Source of the DNA: Azolla caroliniana
Lineage: Eukaryota; Plantae; Polypodiophyta
Direction of reading: 5' to 3'
Assembly: GCA_043228905.1 (NCBI GenBank)
Contig: JBHGNT010000004.1
Span: 12,028,001-12,092,000, forward strand
Length of the DNA stretch: 64,000 bases
Numbering within the stretch: position 1 is the stretch's first letter; the number at the start of each line of letters is the position of its first letter. This document shows positions 61,681 through 64,000 of this stretch, one piece after another. The notes beneath the pieces are model-generated. The model saw only the letters and a program-made list of their open reading frames with translations, was not told the DNA's origin and ran no database searches. A program made the translations under genes and the position numbers.

Positions 61681-63469
61681 TGTCACGAACACCAACTGCA
61701 GACTACGTTAGAGCATAGATGACGAACATGGAACTAGGAATGACGAGGCTAAGAACTCTAGAAGTTGTGAGTGATGAGGCTATAAACTTAGGAAGCTATG
61801 GGGAGCATGAAGACAGACATGAAGAATGAGACAAGATGAAATGGAACAAGAATACTAGATTGATGTGTCAATGACTATGTGTTGAATCCCTTGGAAGGGT
61901 CCAAGGAGTTTACAAGTATTTATATTGTATGCTGAAGTACATGCATTAGAATATTCTCAAGAATATTCTAGAACCCTCTAGAACCTTCTAGTTCTAGAAC
62001 TTTCTAAAAACTCCTAGAACTTGAAGAGATAATCTACGAATATATATATAACATGAGCATGTATTTGGATGTGTTGGTTACAACATAATACTTGACTATA
62101 ATACAAGAGGTCAAGAGTTTGAATCTTCATAGTGCAAGGGTGAGCTAAAGTACAAAATCAAAGTTGATTGATGACTGAGCGAGTCCTCACCAGAAATAAC
62201 AACATGATTGAATGTGAGCGACCATGTGAGGTCCTCACTAGAGATTGGAACAACAATGCTCTCCTTTTCGACTAACTTTTTGAAAGCGTGATGTAGGGGG
62301 GAGTGGGAAGTGGAGCACTGAAGAGCGTGAGAAACCATGTGTTGTCCTCACTAGAGACACGAACACCAATGGACATGAGCAATCATGTGTGGTCCTTACC
62401 GAAGACTAAGTGAGCGACCATGTGTGATTCTCACCGGAGACTGGAACACCGATGGCCGTGAGCGATCATGTGTGGTTCTCAGCAGAGACTAGAACACTGA
62501 CGGACGTGAGCGACCATGTGCTCCTCCCCGGGAATGGGAACACGAACAGTAGTGATCAACCAAGTAGTCCTCACCGAGAACTGGAACACAAACGGGAGTG
62601 AGCGACCATGCGGTCCTCACCGACAATTGGAACACCAACATACATGACTGACCATGTGCGGTCCTCACCAGAAATGGAACAACAAGAACGAAGGAGTGCA
62701 AGTGGAGCGGTTGACTGGACTTCTTCTATCATGAGAGGGTAAATAGTGGAGGTTGACCCAGAACATGGCACAAACGGTAGCGATAGCGAGAAACCAACGT
62801 GATCCTCACTAGGAAAGTGAGCAGTTCTGACCCCCACCGGAACTAGAAGGTGGGCGATCGAAATCGATCCTCATCAAAAGAAAGTGGAATGAAATGTAGA
62901 CCAAAATGAAAATGGGCGATGATGAAGAAAGGGTGATGAGGAAGATGGGTGATGCTTCTAGTTGGAAGGGATTCAAACTATCACGGACACCAATTGCGGA
63001 CTACGCCCGAGCATGGATGACGAACATGGAACTAGAAATGACGAGGCTAAGAACTCTAGAAGCTGTGAGTGATGAGGCTATAAACTTAGGAAGCTATGGA
63101 GAGCATGAAGACAGAGATGAAGAACGAGACAAGATGGAATGGAGAAAGAATACTAGATTGATGTGTCAATGATTGGTGTTGAATACCTTGAAAGGGACCA
63201 AGGAGGTTACAAGCATTTATATTGTACGCTTAAGTACATGCATTAGAATATTCTCGAGAATATTTTGGAGAATATTCTAGAACCCTCTAGAACCTTCTAG
63301 TTCTAGAACTTTCTAAAAACTCCTAGAACTTGAATAAATAATCTACGAAGATATATATAACATGACGGTCACCATATATTTGGATGTGTTGGTTACAACA
63401 TAATACTTGACTATAATATAAGAGGTCAAGAGTTTGAATCTTGACATAACCGTTGTCATGTTTGTGACA
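61681..63469 (-). mobile_element. Non-coding LTR element L (TRIM-like) with internal tandem array
   Basis: LTRs 61681-62127 (truncated) and 62979-63469, TCTAGA-rich like the F/N LTRs; ~49-bp array 62175-62685; no retroelement ORF. Confidence 0.85.
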
Positions 63470-63499
63470 TAGTGCTTGATGGACTTGTATAAAAGGTAT

Positions 63500-64000
63500 C
63501 TCTTAAGGTGCCCACAAGTTCGGCTTCCGCTCGAAATACAACTCGTGTGCTGACACCTTATCCCCAATTCGGTGTTGGATGTAGATGGTCGTCCGGACCG
63601 CTTCGGCCTAGTAGAACTTGGGCATGTTCTTCTCCTCCAGCATTGCCCTTGCCGCATCGACAATCGACCGGTTCTTCCTTTCAGCCACACCATTTTGTTC
63701 CGGTGTGTATCTGTAACTGAATTCTCTCCGAATTCCCATTTGTTGCAAATAATTGTTGAATTGGCCGGAAAAATATTCTTTTCCACCATCCGAATGCAGG
63801 CACATGATTTTCCTTTCCGTTTCCCGTTCGACTAAACTTTGCGAGTTCCGAAAACAATTGAAAACTTCACTTTTCTTTTCGATCAAGTAAATCCATGTGT
63901 GCTAGTTATAGTCGTTGATGAAGGAGACGAAATATCGGCTCCCGCCAAGATGAACGTTCTATGCCGGTCCCCATACATCTGAATGTATTTCTTGAGAATC
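63500..64000 (-). pseudogene. Copia integrase fragment (A/M family)
   Basis: SDVWG, FIND, SDGGKEY, QNGVAERKNR. Confidence 0.88.

Noticed and set aside
62175-62685. CRISPR-like array (also 38246-38470)
   Set aside because: The units are contiguous degenerate tandem repeats with no unique spacers, there are no cas genes, and the context is eukaryotic retroelement DNA.

Overview
A 64-kb block of plant nuclear heterochromatin made almost entirely of nested LTR retrotransposons. No host gene, rRNA, intact tRNA or CRISPR array is visible. The lineage mix (Tcn1-type chromoviruses, a tRNA-Trp-primed non-chromovirus gypsy) suggests a non-seed plant such as a moss; this is inference only. I resolve about 16 insertions from TG..CA ends, PBS/PPT and target-site duplications (TSDs), labelled A-Q here. 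Only copia H (19629-24954) is intact: TSD AAGGG, two 606-bp LTRs with about 5 differences, one 1357-aa ORF. The rest are decayed, mostly by C>T/G>A stops. Most notable signals: (1) a sense copy of a tRNA-Arg 3' end sits where the polypurine tract should be, in two elements; (2) a 1.5-kb non-LTR insert carries a degenerate Penelope-type hammerhead ribozyme and terminal direct repeats; (3) Tf1-like self-priming sites co-vary between two families, one of them a non-coding element with a ~50-bp tandem array; (4) chromovirus LTRs contain tRNA-like A/B boxes; (5) a GUUAAAC slippery site plus pseudoknot joins gag and pol; (6) the intact copia appears to have a swapped Gag capsid; (7) a gypsy carries a ~930-codon extra ORF. 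All coordinates were read by eye.
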